Shown: positions 13,150 to 25,573, counted from the first letter of the stretch. The stretch: 64,000 nucleotides of DNA from Octopus sinensis (GCF_006345805.1 NC_043014.1:34534001-34598000), one strand, 5' to 3'. Made by a program: numbers and translations. Notes: generated by a model not told the origin, from the letters alone.

Positions 13150-13308
13150 GTCCGTCACGGGGAGGTTGGCGTTAGGAAGGGCATCCAGCTGTAGAAACAC
13201 TGCCAGATCAGACTGGAGCCTGGTGCAGCCTCCAGGCTTCCCAGACCTGTGTTGAACCGTCCAACCCAAGCTGGTATGGAAAACGGACGTTAAATGATGA
13301 TGATGATG
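13150..13308 (+). mobile_element. Family C 3' end
   Basis: GGCGTTAGGAAGGGCATCCAGCTGTAGAAAC...GGACGTTAAATGATGATGATGAT. Confidence 0.8.
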
Positions 13309-14000
13309 AATGTATTTAAGACTATGCTATCTAATGTGCCTTAACTTTTTTTTATGACAGCCAGTTGTGATTTGATTGGAGATCTTGCAGCTATTTCTAG
13401 CAGGCTGAACAACCATATCGCAGCTTGACTCTCACAAACATTAATGAATGATACACTGTTATGCTTGAGCAAGGCTGGAAATTGGATCCAAAACAACAGA
13501 TACTTACAGATACCGTAAAAATGAAACCCTACCACCTCTAGTGAAATCCTAAAAATAAATAAAATACCAAAGAAAAACAAAACAAAAACAACAACGAAAG
13601 AAAAAAAAACCCACGTGGCTAAGAAGTTTGTTTTGCAACAACATGGTCTGCATTACATTTAACAACCACTGTATGCCATGTTAGCTAAGTATCTGTTTAT
13701 CATAGCTATTAATTGGCCAATGCCTTGTAAGTGGAATTTAATGAATGGAAATTATGGAGAAGGCCATTACATGTGTGTGTGTGTATGAAAAACAAATTAC
13801 TTATTTAATATATAAGCGTATGAATGTATTTTGAATGTGTATATATGTATATATATATATATATAGGTGCAGGTATGGCTGTGTCTTAAGAACCATGCTT
13901 CCCAACCATAAGGTACCAGGTTCAGTGTCTTCTACTATAGCCTCCAGCCAACCAAAGCCTTGTGAGTAGATTTGGTAGATGGAAACCAAAAGAAGCCTGT

Positions 14001-14036
<36 letters not shown>

Positions 14037-14044
14037 CACATATA

Positions 14045-14225
14045 TATTTCTTTACTACCCACAAGGGGCTAAACACAGAGGGGACAAACAAGGACAGACA
14101 AACGGATTAAGTCGATTACATCGACCCCAGTGCGTAACTGGTACTTAATTTATCGACCCCGAAAGGATGAAAGGCAAAGTTAACCTCGGCGGAATTTGAA
14201 CTCAGAACTTAACGGCAGACGAAAT
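14045..14225 (-). mobile_element. SINE family A1, 5'-truncated
   Basis: TTTCTTTACTACCCACAAGGGGCTAAACACAGAGGGG...GGATGAAAGGCAAAG..GAATTTGAACTCAG. Confidence 0.85.
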
Positions 14226-14236
14226 GTGTGTGTGTA

Positions 14237-14281
<45 letters not shown>

Positions 14282-14540
14282 ACACATATATACACACACA
14301 CATGTAATTTAAGGTGTATTCTGTTAGGAACATAGCAGAAAACAAAATAGCATGTACGTATTTGTGTGTGTGTCTGCCATCACTTGACAACTGATGTGTT
14401 TATGTCCCCATAACTTAGTGGTTCAGCAAAAACGCACTGATAGAATGAGTACTAGGCTTACAAAGAGTAAGTCCTGGGGTAGATTTCTTTGATTACAAAC
14501 CAGCATGGTCACAATCAAAATGACTGAAAAAAGTAAAAGA

Positions 14541-14928
14541 AGTGGCTGTGTAGTAAGTAGCTTGTTTACCAACCACATGGTTCCGGGTTCAGTCCCACTG
14601 CGTGGCACCTTGGGCAAGTGTCTCTACTATGCCTCGGGCCGACCAAAGCCGTGTGAGTGGATTTGGGTACGGAACTGAAGAAGCCCGTCGTATATATATA
14701 TATATGTGTGTGTTTGTGCGTCTGTGTTTGTCCCCCTAGCATTGCTTGACAACCGATGCTGGTGTGTTTATGTCCCTGTTACTTAGCGGTTCGGCAAAAG
14801 AGACCGATAGAATAAGTACTGGGCTTACAAAAAATAAGTCCCGGGGTCGAGTTGCTCGATTAAAGGCGGTGCTCCAGCATGGCCGCAGTCAAATGACTGA
14901 AACAAGTAAAAGAGTAAAAGAGTAAAGA
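14541..14928 (+). mobile_element. SINE family B, full length, preceded by the 3' half of an older copy (about 14370-14540)
   Basis: GTGGCTGTGTAGTAAGTAGC...GAAACAAGTAAAAGAGTAAAAGAGTAAAGAG. Confidence 0.9.
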
Positions 14929-14944
14929 GTATATATATAATATA

Positions 14945-15011
<67 letters not shown>

Positions 15012-15296
15012 AATAAATATATATATATAGTTCTACTCTACTGATTCATCAGAAATGATAAATTACAGGATTCAATATAAGACATTATATCTGAAAGGTT
15101 TGATGCCGTTCGCAAGGATTTTTAAAGAAATGAACAAGTTTTCTTCAAACTTTCATTTCATATTTCAAAAAATATTCAAAGAGTAGATGAGCCATTTGGT
15201 TATATATGTGTGTGGTGTGTGTGTGTGTGTGTGTATGTATGTGTATATGCACATATATGCAGCGCTATGCATGTGGCAAGTTTTCTACGGCATATG

Positions 15297-15329
<33 letters not shown>

Positions 15330-15541
15330 GTATGTATATATATGTATGTATGTATATATATATGTATGTATGTATATATATATGTGTTATATATATATAT
15401 ATATGATGATGATGATGATGTATTGATGTGTGTATATATCTATATATATATATTATATATATATGTATGTATGTGTATATATATATGTATGTATGTATAT
15501 ATATATATATATATGATGATGATGATATATGTATGTGTGTT

Positions 15542-15577
<36 letters not shown>

Positions 15578-15583
15578 ATGTTA

Positions 15584-15629
<46 letters not shown>

Positions 15630-15725
15630 ATATAATATATATATATATATAATATATATATATATTATATATATATATATATGTATGTATGTATATATAT
15701 ATAGAGAGAGAGAGAGTGAGAGAGA
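14928..15725. repeat. Compound (TA)n/(TATG)n/(GAT)n/(GA)n microsatellite field with a short unique spacer
   Basis: Direct inspection. Confidence 0.9.
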
Positions 15726-15954
15726 AAGAGAGAGATGGAATAAGAGCCAGAACTAAAGTAGTGGGAGATGTATATGATCAAATGTAAACCTTCATAAGCA
15801 CTACCCCAGTATGGCTGCAGTCCAATGATGAATCAAACCAGTGGAAACAAAAAAAAATAAAAAAAATAAAATGAATAACTAAAATAAAATTAGTATAGTA
15901 GACAAAAAAAAAACAAATAATAAAAAAAAACAACTTACAAAAACATAGACTTAC

Positions 15955-16024
15955 CAATTATTATTACTTCATAAACCTTTGGTTGGTTGGTTATATCACA
16001 GCCTTTCAGATCAAAAGGTGGCAT
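15955..16024 (-). CDS. OSGIN1/2: First coding segment of the OSGIN1/2-like gene (MPPFDLKGCDITNQPKVYEVIIIG)
   Basis: ATG at 16024-16022, then 23 codons + 1 nt ending ATT G|GTAAGTC. The phase-1 donor joins the phase-1 acceptor at 3452 and restores the Rossmann-type VIIIG-NGPS motif. There is an in-frame TAG upstream at 16150-16148. Confidence 0.85.
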
Positions 16025-16274
16025 TTTGTCTCCTCTTCTCACACCACTTAGAACAAACTTATTGCTTCTAATATTACTATTATTATTATTAACTAGAGTG
16101 ACAGTTTTCCAACTACATGAATGTTTGGAAGAGAATGCGAAGAAGCACTACTTCCTTGTTCAAAGACTGACTGGCTAATAACTGACTGACAAGCTGATGG
16201 GAGTGATAATTCGAATTGCCAGTTGCTGGGCAACACCAATTGTAATCCTATTTGAACCAATGGTTTTTTCTCAT
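16025..16274 (-). other. 5'UTR part of the start-codon exon of the OSGIN-like gene
   Basis: Strong acceptor on the minus strand (long poly-T/C tract + TTGTAG|) at 16275 opens an exon of about 320 nt. It contains two upstream ATGs. Confidence 0.6.
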
Positions 16275-16552
16275 CTACAAAAAAAAAAAAGAAAGAAAAA
16301 AGAAAAAGGAAAAAAAAAATAAAACCACAAAGCAAAAGAGTAAATAAATAAAATTAAAAATACATAGAAAGAAAAGAAAAAAATCCCACAACAGCATGTA
16401 AGGAAATATGTAAGAAAACATGTAAAGAAGCCTACATGCAGTTATAAGTCACATTGACTGCTTAACCTGGAATTAAATAGTTTTGACAAAGCTCCATTCA
16501 CTTTGGTGAGTGAAAAAAAAAGTACCTTCTCAGTGTTATCAAGATGAGTGTG

Positions 16553-16554
<2 letters not shown>

Positions 16555-16586
<32 letters not shown>

Positions 16587-16655
16587 CACACACATTTAGA
16601 AATATATATATACACACACATTTAGAAATATATATATATACACACACATTTAGAA

Positions 16656-16688
<33 letters not shown>

Positions 16689-16695
16689 TTTAGAA

Positions 16696-16727
<32 letters not shown>

Positions 16728-16749
16728 CACCACATTTAGAAATATAATA

Positions 16750-16789
<40 letters not shown>

Positions 16790-16799
16790 TACCACACAT

Positions 16800-16859
<60 letters not shown>

Positions 16860-16919
16860 TTTAGAAATATATATATATACACCTCACATTTAGATATATA
16901 TATACACACACATTTAGAA

Positions 16920-16956
<37 letters not shown>

Positions 16957-16970
16957 TTTAGAAATAAATA
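16555..16970. repeat. Compound minisatellite, unit (TA)n-(CA)n-CATTTAGAAA, about 10 copies
   Basis: The CATTTAGA anchor recurs about 10 times with a variable (TA)n spacer, plus one outlying copy near 17127. Confidence 0.85.
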
Positions 16971-17087
16971 AATATATATATATACAACACACACACAAAT
17001 TTTTAATCTTTGGATTTTTTAAAAATATGCTAGGCCACTGGTTTTAATTGATTAATATCAATTTCTACACTCATTTAATTTCATATA

Positions 17088-17118
<31 letters not shown>

Positions 17119-17135
17119 CATACATACATTTAGAA

Positions 17136-17169
<34 letters not shown>

Positions 17170-17614
17170 CATTTATTTATATACATTTATATATACATAT
17201 GTGTATGTACACACACACGTTAATGCTTATTTTCATGCCACGTTATATATAAAAATGATTTGGCATTAAACAGACACACCTATGCATGAGTGTCCATATA
17301 TGCTATGATATGATATATATATATAAATGTGGTTAGTGCAGCCAGTGACATGTAAAGGGTACCCACTACACTCTCGGAGTTGTTGGTGTTAGCATTAGCT
17401 ACAGAAACCTAACCAAATTTAGACTGGAACCTGGTGCAGTTCTCCAGCTTACCAATTCTAGTGAAGCCATCTAACCCATGCCAGCATGGAAGTGGACATT
17501 AAATGAAGACGATGATGATATATATATATATATTAAAAATTGTCATATATTCCATCTTTCATGTGTGTGTGTATATATATATATATATATACATACACAC
17601 ACACACACACATAA

Positions 17615-18690
17615 AAAAAAAGTTTTGGGAAGCTATTATTAGGAATTTTCCAAAAAATTCTAGGTATTACTCTATTATCAACTCGCACACAGTTAGGATT
17701 GGTTTTACCAGCACAAAAATCTCTTACAAATTATCTCCTCACATTATATTAGTCTGTTAATAAGAATCCATTTACTAATACTAACATTAATTTAGCTAAT
17801 ACCATCAATCCCCTTAGAAATATTAAGAACAAGGTTATTGTCTCTGAAGACAATTCCAACAGAATTAAGTTTATGTCAAGTAATTCTAAGATTAAAAACT
17901 CTATATACCAGAATAAAATTACTTCAGGTACCGATGTCTTTTTTTATACAGGTAGTTCTTCTTCTCAGTTATCTAAAAGAATTTCTAATCATTACTCTAC
18001 ATTTAGGGATAGGAATAAACATAACAATATAGGGCTTAGTAAATTAATTTGGTATCTAAAAGACCATAATAAACAAATTAATTTAGATTGGTTGATTCTC
18101 TCCATTTCCTTCCCTTATGATAAAGGCAAGGAATTTTGTCTTCTCTGTAATTGTGAACTATTTTTCATTCTTTTTTCTAAAAATCCCCTTGTAAACATGG
18201 TTATAGAGCGTGCTTATCGATGTAAACATTAGCAGAAACACACCTTTAGTTCATATAAGTGATATCTACCATTATATATAATTTAAACATTGATTTTCTT
18301 ATTACACTTCACTTCCACTTGATATATCTTTTCCCAAGACTTTAGGCTTTAATTTAATTCACATATCATTTTATATTTCTCATTTATTTGGTTTCTGATT
18401 TTTTTCTTTCCTTTACCCCTCCTCTTTCTATAAGCTACCTTTGACGTTATATCATCTAATGTTTTTTTTTAAGAGAAACTTAATAGCATTCAGTTCATCA
18501 CTATACATATCCATCATATTCTGTTAAAATGTCTTATTGACGAGTTTTATTTCTTCACATTACATTGTGAGAAGATTACATTGTTTTACACCATTTTATT
18601 CCTTTGGAATAATACCAATGATATCTTCGAAACATGTGTCAGAAGTAAAAGAATTTGAATAACACCTGTGTTTAACTCCATTTATTTATT
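17615..18690 (+). mobile_element. Penelope-like element 3' relic with C-terminal GIY-YIG endonuclease (Naiad-type motif pattern)
   Basis: FWEAIIRNFPKNSRYYSIINSHTVRIGF, then ORF 17873-18232: IYQNKI..FYTG..KRISNHYSTF..LSKLIWYLK..LDWLIL..PY..FCLLCNCE..LVN..E..RCKH. Flanked by (TA)n. Confidence 0.8.
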
Positions 18691-19227
18691 TATATATATT
18701 ATACAAAATATTTCACATAAACCCGGAGTTTCTACCTTTAAAAACAAGGTGTTATGCCCTTTTTAATTATGTGATCTTTTGCTACCTATCAATTTTTTCT
18801 GTGTTAATTATAAACAAGGGAAAAATACACATATCTATGTATATGTATATATATATATATATGTATGTATGTATAACGATATGAGGTCCTAGTGAAAACC
18901 CATCCATAAAACTGAGCACTAGAAAAGTTGTGACCCACCAACATGTAAAAACACACTTTCACCCACTCTACCATAAGAAATTGAACTACAACTCATCTAA
19001 CAGAATCTTTCTCTTCTTCACACTTCCTCTTCATAAATTATGATTGTTTTCAAATCCCCTTTCTTGCCCTAACTGTCCTGCTCACTGTATTGCTACTCTC
19101 CACACCCTGAACACTCACACCCTATTTTTCTAACCACGTTCAAAGTTCATGTTCTTGTTACTTGTGAGAATACCCTAGCACTACACCATCTCTCTTCTAC
19201 TCTCTCTTACACTTTTGCTGTTTCCAA

Positions 19228-19258
<31 letters not shown>

Positions 19259-19597
19259 TCTTGTTCCTCTGACTAGGAAACCAAGTATCTCCTTTACATC
19301 AGCACACTTGTTTCTGGCCTCTATCTTTTTCCTCTGTCTGTCTCTCTCTCTCTAAGTAACCATGTACCTCCTCTATATATCAAGACACCTATTTCTGCCT
19401 CTGTTTCTCTGTTACACTAACCTTTCATCTTTTGATACTGGATCACCTCCTCTAAAGCCCCTTCTGTTGTGGCAAGACACCTGCTTCTGTTTCTCAGTCT
19501 CTTTGTCACACTCTGACCTTTCATCCTCTGACACAAGTTCCCCTCCTCAAATGCCCTGCCCCTCTCATAATTCCTTGTCTTGTGAGTTACTTGGTTA

Positions 19598-19890
19598 CCC
19601 TGCCAGTGCTGGTGCCACGTTAAAAGCATCCAGTCCACACTGTAGCGTGGCTGGTATTTGGAAGGGCATCCAGCTTTAAAAATCATGCCAAAACTAACTT
19701 CACCTGTGCTAGTACCACGTAAAAAGCACTGAGTCCACTGTGCAGAGTGGTTGGTGTGAGGAAGGGCATCCAGCTGTAAAATCCCTGCCAAAACACACAC
19801 AGCAGCCTTGGGTAGATTTTCTACCTTGCTGGCTCCAGTCATTTGTGCTACCCATGCATGCATGAAAAATGGATGTTAAATGATGATGAT
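19598..19890 (+). mobile_element. Family C 3' end preceded by a pyrimidine-rich repeat body (about 18980-19600)
   Basis: GCCAGTGCTGGTGCCACGTTAAAAGCA..GAAGGGCATCCAGCT (duplicated)..GGATGTTAAATGATGATGAT. Confidence 0.65.
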
Positions 19891-21767
19891 ATGCACATAT
19901 ATCCACACATATTGACACACACACACACTTATGGTTAGGATAGTAAACAGCAGAAGATTATAAATTTTACATATGGTTCAATATTTGATCGTTTCCCCAC
20001 AACTGTTTCCATGGAATAAGCATCATTATTTATATAATTACATAATTAACATTCATAATTAATCAATTTAAACAGGACAGGTTACTTATCTCCTCAGGGA
20101 AGACAGAAAAAATATGCAAATCAAATTACCATTACGTATTTAAATATGCTATAATATTTTGATTTCTAAATTTCAACTTTCTCTTCTGATGAGATGGACA
20201 ATCCATTACATTTAAATTAATTAACCCTGTATGCTAATTACATATTTATATAAATGAGGATGTTTTCCTTCCATGAAACAACTGCTGAAAATAAAACTAT
20301 GAACCATATATAAATTTTACACATTTCTGATATGTAATATTTTATATATATTGGTCTTAATTATCATTTTTTTCCAGATTCTATATCTAAATTCAAGTTT
20401 ATTCCACCAATAATGAACCAAATTGTAATAGTATATTGGAATTTAACGATGTGCTTATAACTGGTTCATTAATACCATGGATATATTTTGTGATGTTTAT
20501 ATATCAATTCAGTGTACATGTGGGAATTCCTACGATTATGAAAAAAAAATCTTGTTTTTAATTTTTCAACTCTTACTAAATCCTATAGTTCCACTCTTTT
20601 CAAAATTCTTTTTAAAATCAGAATTTAAAATACAGGGAGTTCACATTTTTTGCTTAAATCCCAGAATGGACCAACCGTGGGTGCATCATCATTCCATTAA
20701 ATGTGTTTATATGGAGAATAATAACGAAAAACATAATTACATGTCAGAGTGACAATTAAACAAGGAAGGTATCAGGTGCTTATGAGTTGGGCTAAAAATA
20801 ACAGCTAAATCACAGACATACAAAAGAAAATCTGATTTTTTTTTCTTTCTTACACTCATATGAACTCCCATGTGTAGAACACAGATTTGAAAAAAACTTC
20901 TGAAAATTCAAAAAAAAAAAAGGGAAAAGCTATGAGGAGTTATATGCGCTGCTTAAAATTGAATTCTGCCCTTTTGTGATGTGGATAAGTTGGAAAGACA
21001 GAGTAACAAATACTATAAAAGCTGAAAATTGAAAGACATCTATTGTTGAGAATCAAGTCCACAAAGCTATCCCATTTTGGTCATACAATGCTCCATGATG
21101 CCCAAGACCATCCTGACAAGAAGTGTTGGAGGTTGTGTTAATTAATATTGATTGATTAATTGATTGACTGAGAGAGAGAGAGAGAGAGAGAAGAAGAAGA
21201 AGAAGAAGCTGAGGAGAGGGTGACAAGAATGTTTTAAATGTATTATGTACCATTCAGGATAAGAGTGACTGAGGGAACTAAGGACAGGATCCTTCACCTA
21301 CCCTACGATCACTAGTTCTCTCAATCCCCCTTATACTCAATGTTTCCTCTCTCTCTCATATATACATATATATATAAAAGAGCAGGGAAGGGTAAAGATG
21401 TAGGAGAGGGAAAATGCGATGAATATGGTGAGTGATGGAGTGGCAGATGAATTTGTAAAGCTGGATAGGGTGAGAAGCTCCACAAATTTGATAAAACAAA
21501 GCACCTAAGATAAATAAAGTTAGGGTGACAGGCAGAAGTGACTTGTAGAGAAATATTTGGTTGGAATTTGACCCGGATATGCACAAGCAGGATGTGATTG
21601 ATTAGGAATGGTAAAGAGGTGGCTGTTAAGAATGAAGTCTATTTTAACACACTTTATGCAGTGAAAGTAGTTGTGAGTATAATGAATTAAGAGCTATACA
21701 TATAAAATGTAAAATATGGAAGAATTGAAAAAGAAACCAATTAAAGTAATGGGACAAATTTTGAAAT

Positions 21768-22400
21768 TTAATCCCTTTGATACCAACCTGTCTGAAACTA
21801 ACTCCATTTGTGTTACTTACTAACTTTCCAGTTTTAAAGTGGTCTGAATTAAAAAGTTCCACCAAAAATTCATTTTAATATATGTTCCAAACACTACCTT
21901 AATAATGATAAAATTATCTTACTAAATTCTTCATCATTTTCAAAATGTAAGAGTGGCTGTGTGGTAAGTAGCTTGCTTATGAACCGCATGGTTCCGGGTT
22001 CAGTCCCACTGCATGGCACCTTGGGCAAATGTCTTCTACTATAGCCTCGGGCCAACCAAAGCCTTGTGAGTGGATTTGGTAGACGGAAACTGAAAAAAGC
22101 CTGTCGTATATATATGTATATGTATGTGTGTGTATATGTTTGTGTGTCTGTGTTTGTCCCCGCAACATCACTTGACAACCAATGCTGGTGTGTTTACGTC
22201 CCCGTAACTTAGCGGTTCGGCAAAAGAGACCGATAGAATAACTACTAGGTTAACAAAGAATAAGTCCTGGGGGGGGGGGGAGATTTGCTCGACTAAAGGC
22301 GGTGCTCCAGCATGGCCACAGTCAAATGACTGAAACAAGTAAAAGAGAGTAAAGAGTAAAGGCAGTATATTTCAACAGAGATACAGTAGCAAAATTTTAA
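21768..22400. mobile_element. piggyBac-type MITE split by a nested SINE B (21946-22360, +)
   Basis: TTAA-TCCCTTTGATACCA left end; the right end CAACAGAGATACAGTAGCAAAATTTTAA matches the MITE at 42288-42504. Confidence 0.7.
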
Positions 22401-22885
22401 CAGTGGAACAGTTTTGGGTTAGGGTATATTACTGATGGGAAATAGAAAACCAGAAGAATCTTGATCAACATAAAGCTCTTTCCTATTTTTTTTTAACCAT
22501 TCAGCATTCAGATTATTCTGTCAAATTCCATGCTTATTTATACACATTGTTTTGAATTAATCATTTGTTTATTTCCTTGGAACATACATTTTTTTCTTGG
22601 ATTATAAGCCACTGGGTGTGTATGTGTAAGTCTATATATTGTGGTCAAGGCTTTTAAAAAAAAAATTTGTGTACTGAATATCTGATTTCCATGTGCTTGT
22701 TTACATATGCGTATGTCATGGTTCAGTGGCTTCGGCTTAAATTTTAATTTGGTCAGTGTGAAAGTTTAGTTCATAGAACATGTGATGCTTCTTAACAAAG
22801 CAGGTGTGAGGATTAGAGAGGGAAGGACAAACAGACATGATTAATTAAATATGGTTTTAAACTAGACCAACAGAGTGGTAAAGAA

Positions 22886-23220
22886 CTGCGTGGCACCTTG
22901 GGCAAGTGTCTTCTACTATAGCCTCGGGCCGACCAAAGCCTTGTGAGTGGATTTGGTAGACGGAAACTGAAAGAAGCCCGTCGTATATATGTATATATAT
23001 GTATGTGCGTGTATGTTTGTGGTCTGTGTTTGTCCCCCTAGCATTGCTTGACAACCGATGCTGGTGTGTTTATGTCCCCGTCACTTAGCGGTTTCCAAAG
23101 AGACCGATAGAATAAGTACTGGCTTACAAAGAATAAGTCCCGGGGTCGAGTTGCCCAATTAAAGGCGGTGCTCCATCATGGCCGCAGTCAAAATGACTGA
23201 AACAAGTAAAAAGAAAAAGA
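22886..23220 (+). mobile_element. SINE family B, 5'-truncated
   Basis: CTGCGTGGCACCTTGGGCAAG...GAAACAAGTAAAAAG. Confidence 0.85.
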
Positions 23221-24252
23221 AAGAAATGAATGCCAAATCTTTTGTCATTTCATTAATAAAAAGGGTGAACCTCTTAGTTTTACAGTACTGTCTATATTGC
23301 CTACAAATTTTTATCATCCGATAAGAGATCTTACTGGAATTATCTCCTTTGCTTGCTATTTTTACATTTTTAGCACTACTAGAGAAAGTTTTTCTATTAA
23401 TTACTTTGATAATCTCAGTTCAGCAAAATTTTTATCTCATTATATCTTACAGGTGAAATACTGCTATATTTATCGTTGTATGGGTTGACTTCAGAAATGT
23501 CATTTAGTTGTGAGACTCTCTGCCTGTTTCCCCACTTCATTCAGTTCTGATACTCCTGCACTCTCATTTTATATAGTTAGTCTCTCACTCCATACAACTA
23601 TTACTCTCCCACCCACTCTTCATATAGTTGCTACTATTTTGTTCTTCCTTAAGGAAAGGTTACCTAGTCGCTGAATTCTTGTTCTGGAGACAAAGCAACT
23701 TTCACTTTCTTACTATCTTCTGTAGTATCAGAACTGAAACTGATACTACAATTAGAACAACAGTCACTGGGACACACTGTTGTTGTTGCAGGTTCTACTG
23801 CTGTTACCTTTTCTGGGGGCAGAAACTTCAAAAGTGATTCTAATCACAACGAACATAACAGAGATTTCAGTTCTGTAATGTCAGTCTCATTACTTTTGGT
23901 TCTGCACTTATCATAGAATAAAGCTCTGGAATGGCCCTGTGGTTTCTAGATATGTGTGGGATTGCTTTTAGTACATGTAGGTCTATAACGATTTCTCCAT
24001 GTCATTTCTTGAGACCTCTGTATTCTCAACTTACTCATATTGGGCAACAAATACGACAAGCCAAAACCAATATCCCAATTAATGCTCCTGACTGTCAGAT
24101 TTATTTTGCACTGATCCGCATATTATGTTAAGACCAAAAAGGTAGATTAGTGGGGCATCAAAGCAGCTTGTCACCTCATCCATAATGCTGAAAACTGGGC
24201 AGGTACTGCTATTCATCTTGCAGTGGTTGATAGAAACCACATTTTCCCCACA

Positions 24253-24481
24253 CTGACCCTTTGTTATCATTTCTCTGCTGACATATATTGCTTTTGTTTC
24301 AATTAAATTTTTTTTAAATAATGAAGAACTTAGTAAAATAATTTACTCATTATTAAGCTAGTGTCTGGAACAAACTGACATAAAATTTTGATGGAAGATT
24401 ATCATTTAGATAACTTTAAAATGATAAGCTTGCATCATAGAACCAGGGACAGTCTCAGGTAGATTGTATCAAAAGGGTTAA
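24253..24481. mobile_element. piggyBac-type MITE
   Basis: ACCCTTTGTTATCA ... GTATCAAAAGGGTTAA; interior similar to 42288-42504. Confidence 0.7.
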
Positions 24482-25245
24482 GCACAGACTTATGCAACTG
24501 CTTTTTGCCCTCTTTGCTTATTCTTGTATAGTTGCATGAAACAAGGAAGTACAATGCTTCAAATTCCCTTCTACATTTCTTTTTATTCTTCAAACCAAAT
24601 TATATTCAAGCATTCACTGTGGCCTTGCATGTTAGAAAAACTGATATTATTATCATTATTTTAATTATTATTATTATTGTTATTGTTTTTAGTGAATAAC
24701 AACCTCTCTAGATTAAAATCTATCTTCTGTTGTCATATCTGTTTTGTTGCCAAGAAGCAGCAACAGCAGCTGTATGTGTTTGGAAGTTGGTCTCTGCTGT
24801 GCTCACTGTTATGATGGCTAACTTGCAAATTGTAAACAAGGTCTGTTACCTAGGCTACTTCATCAGCGGTACTACTGCTACAATTTAGTAATAGTGTACC
24901 AGCTCCAGCCCCTGGGTGGGGAGGTTTTTGATAATGGCAGTCTGAAATGGTTTAGGGAAACTTATTGGATTTTCTGATGACAAATGAACATTTCTTTTCT
25001 TTAGTTAAAGGCTTACTGAATGTGTCAGTGTCATCATTGTTATTATCAAAATCATTATTATTATTAGAATAGTGGATTGATAGAATTGGTAGAGCAACAG
25101 AAAATAATATCTTACTCTATTCAGTCACATCTATTCACATTCTTAATTGAAATACTATCTTACATTCTTTTGGAGCTCATAATATAATTACCTGTTAAAT
25201 ACAGGAGCTGAACTAATTCTTAAATTTGTTAGGCCAATGTTAGAA

Positions 25246-25279
<34 letters not shown>

Positions 25280-25282
<3 letters not shown>

Positions 25283-25480
25283 GGTGGCACACTGGGTAAA
25301 ATATTTAACAGTATTTCATTTGGCTTTATGTTCTGAGGTCAAATTCCGTCAAGGCTGACTTTACCTTTCATCCTTTCAGGGTCAATAAAATAAGAACCGG
25401 TCATGTACTGGGTTAGATGTAATTAATTTCCTCCACCCCTCAAAAACTACTGGCCTTGTGCCAAAATTTGAAACTACTAC
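25280..25480 (+). mobile_element. SINE family A2 following an (ATT)n run
   Basis: (ATT)13 then GGTGGC..GTTCTGAGGTCAAATTCC..CTTTCATCCTTTCAGGGTCAATAAA..GGCCTTGTGCC. Confidence 0.75.
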
Positions 25481-25573
25481 TACTGCTGCTGTTACCTTAC
25501 TGCTTTCTTTGTAATTACTGCTTTTTATCATCCTTTCCACTATGTTTTTGTTTTCTCAATGCAGGTGTATCTG

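Larger units (their letters stand above)
3453..15954 (-). other. 12.5-kb GT-AG intron of the OSGIN-like gene
   Basis: Defined by the two phase-compatible exons above and filled with SINEs, LINE ends and a mariner relic. Confidence 0.8.

Noticed and set aside
16093-16335. 80-aa minus-strand ORF overlapping the UTR exon
   Set aside because: It starts in the polypyrimidine tract of the intron and is out of frame with the OSGIN CDS.
20180-20285. CTGATGA followed by a small hairpin and a later GAAAC
   Set aside because: Helix II is not adjacent to GAAA and there is no helix I/III; a chance match in an AT-rich TE relic.
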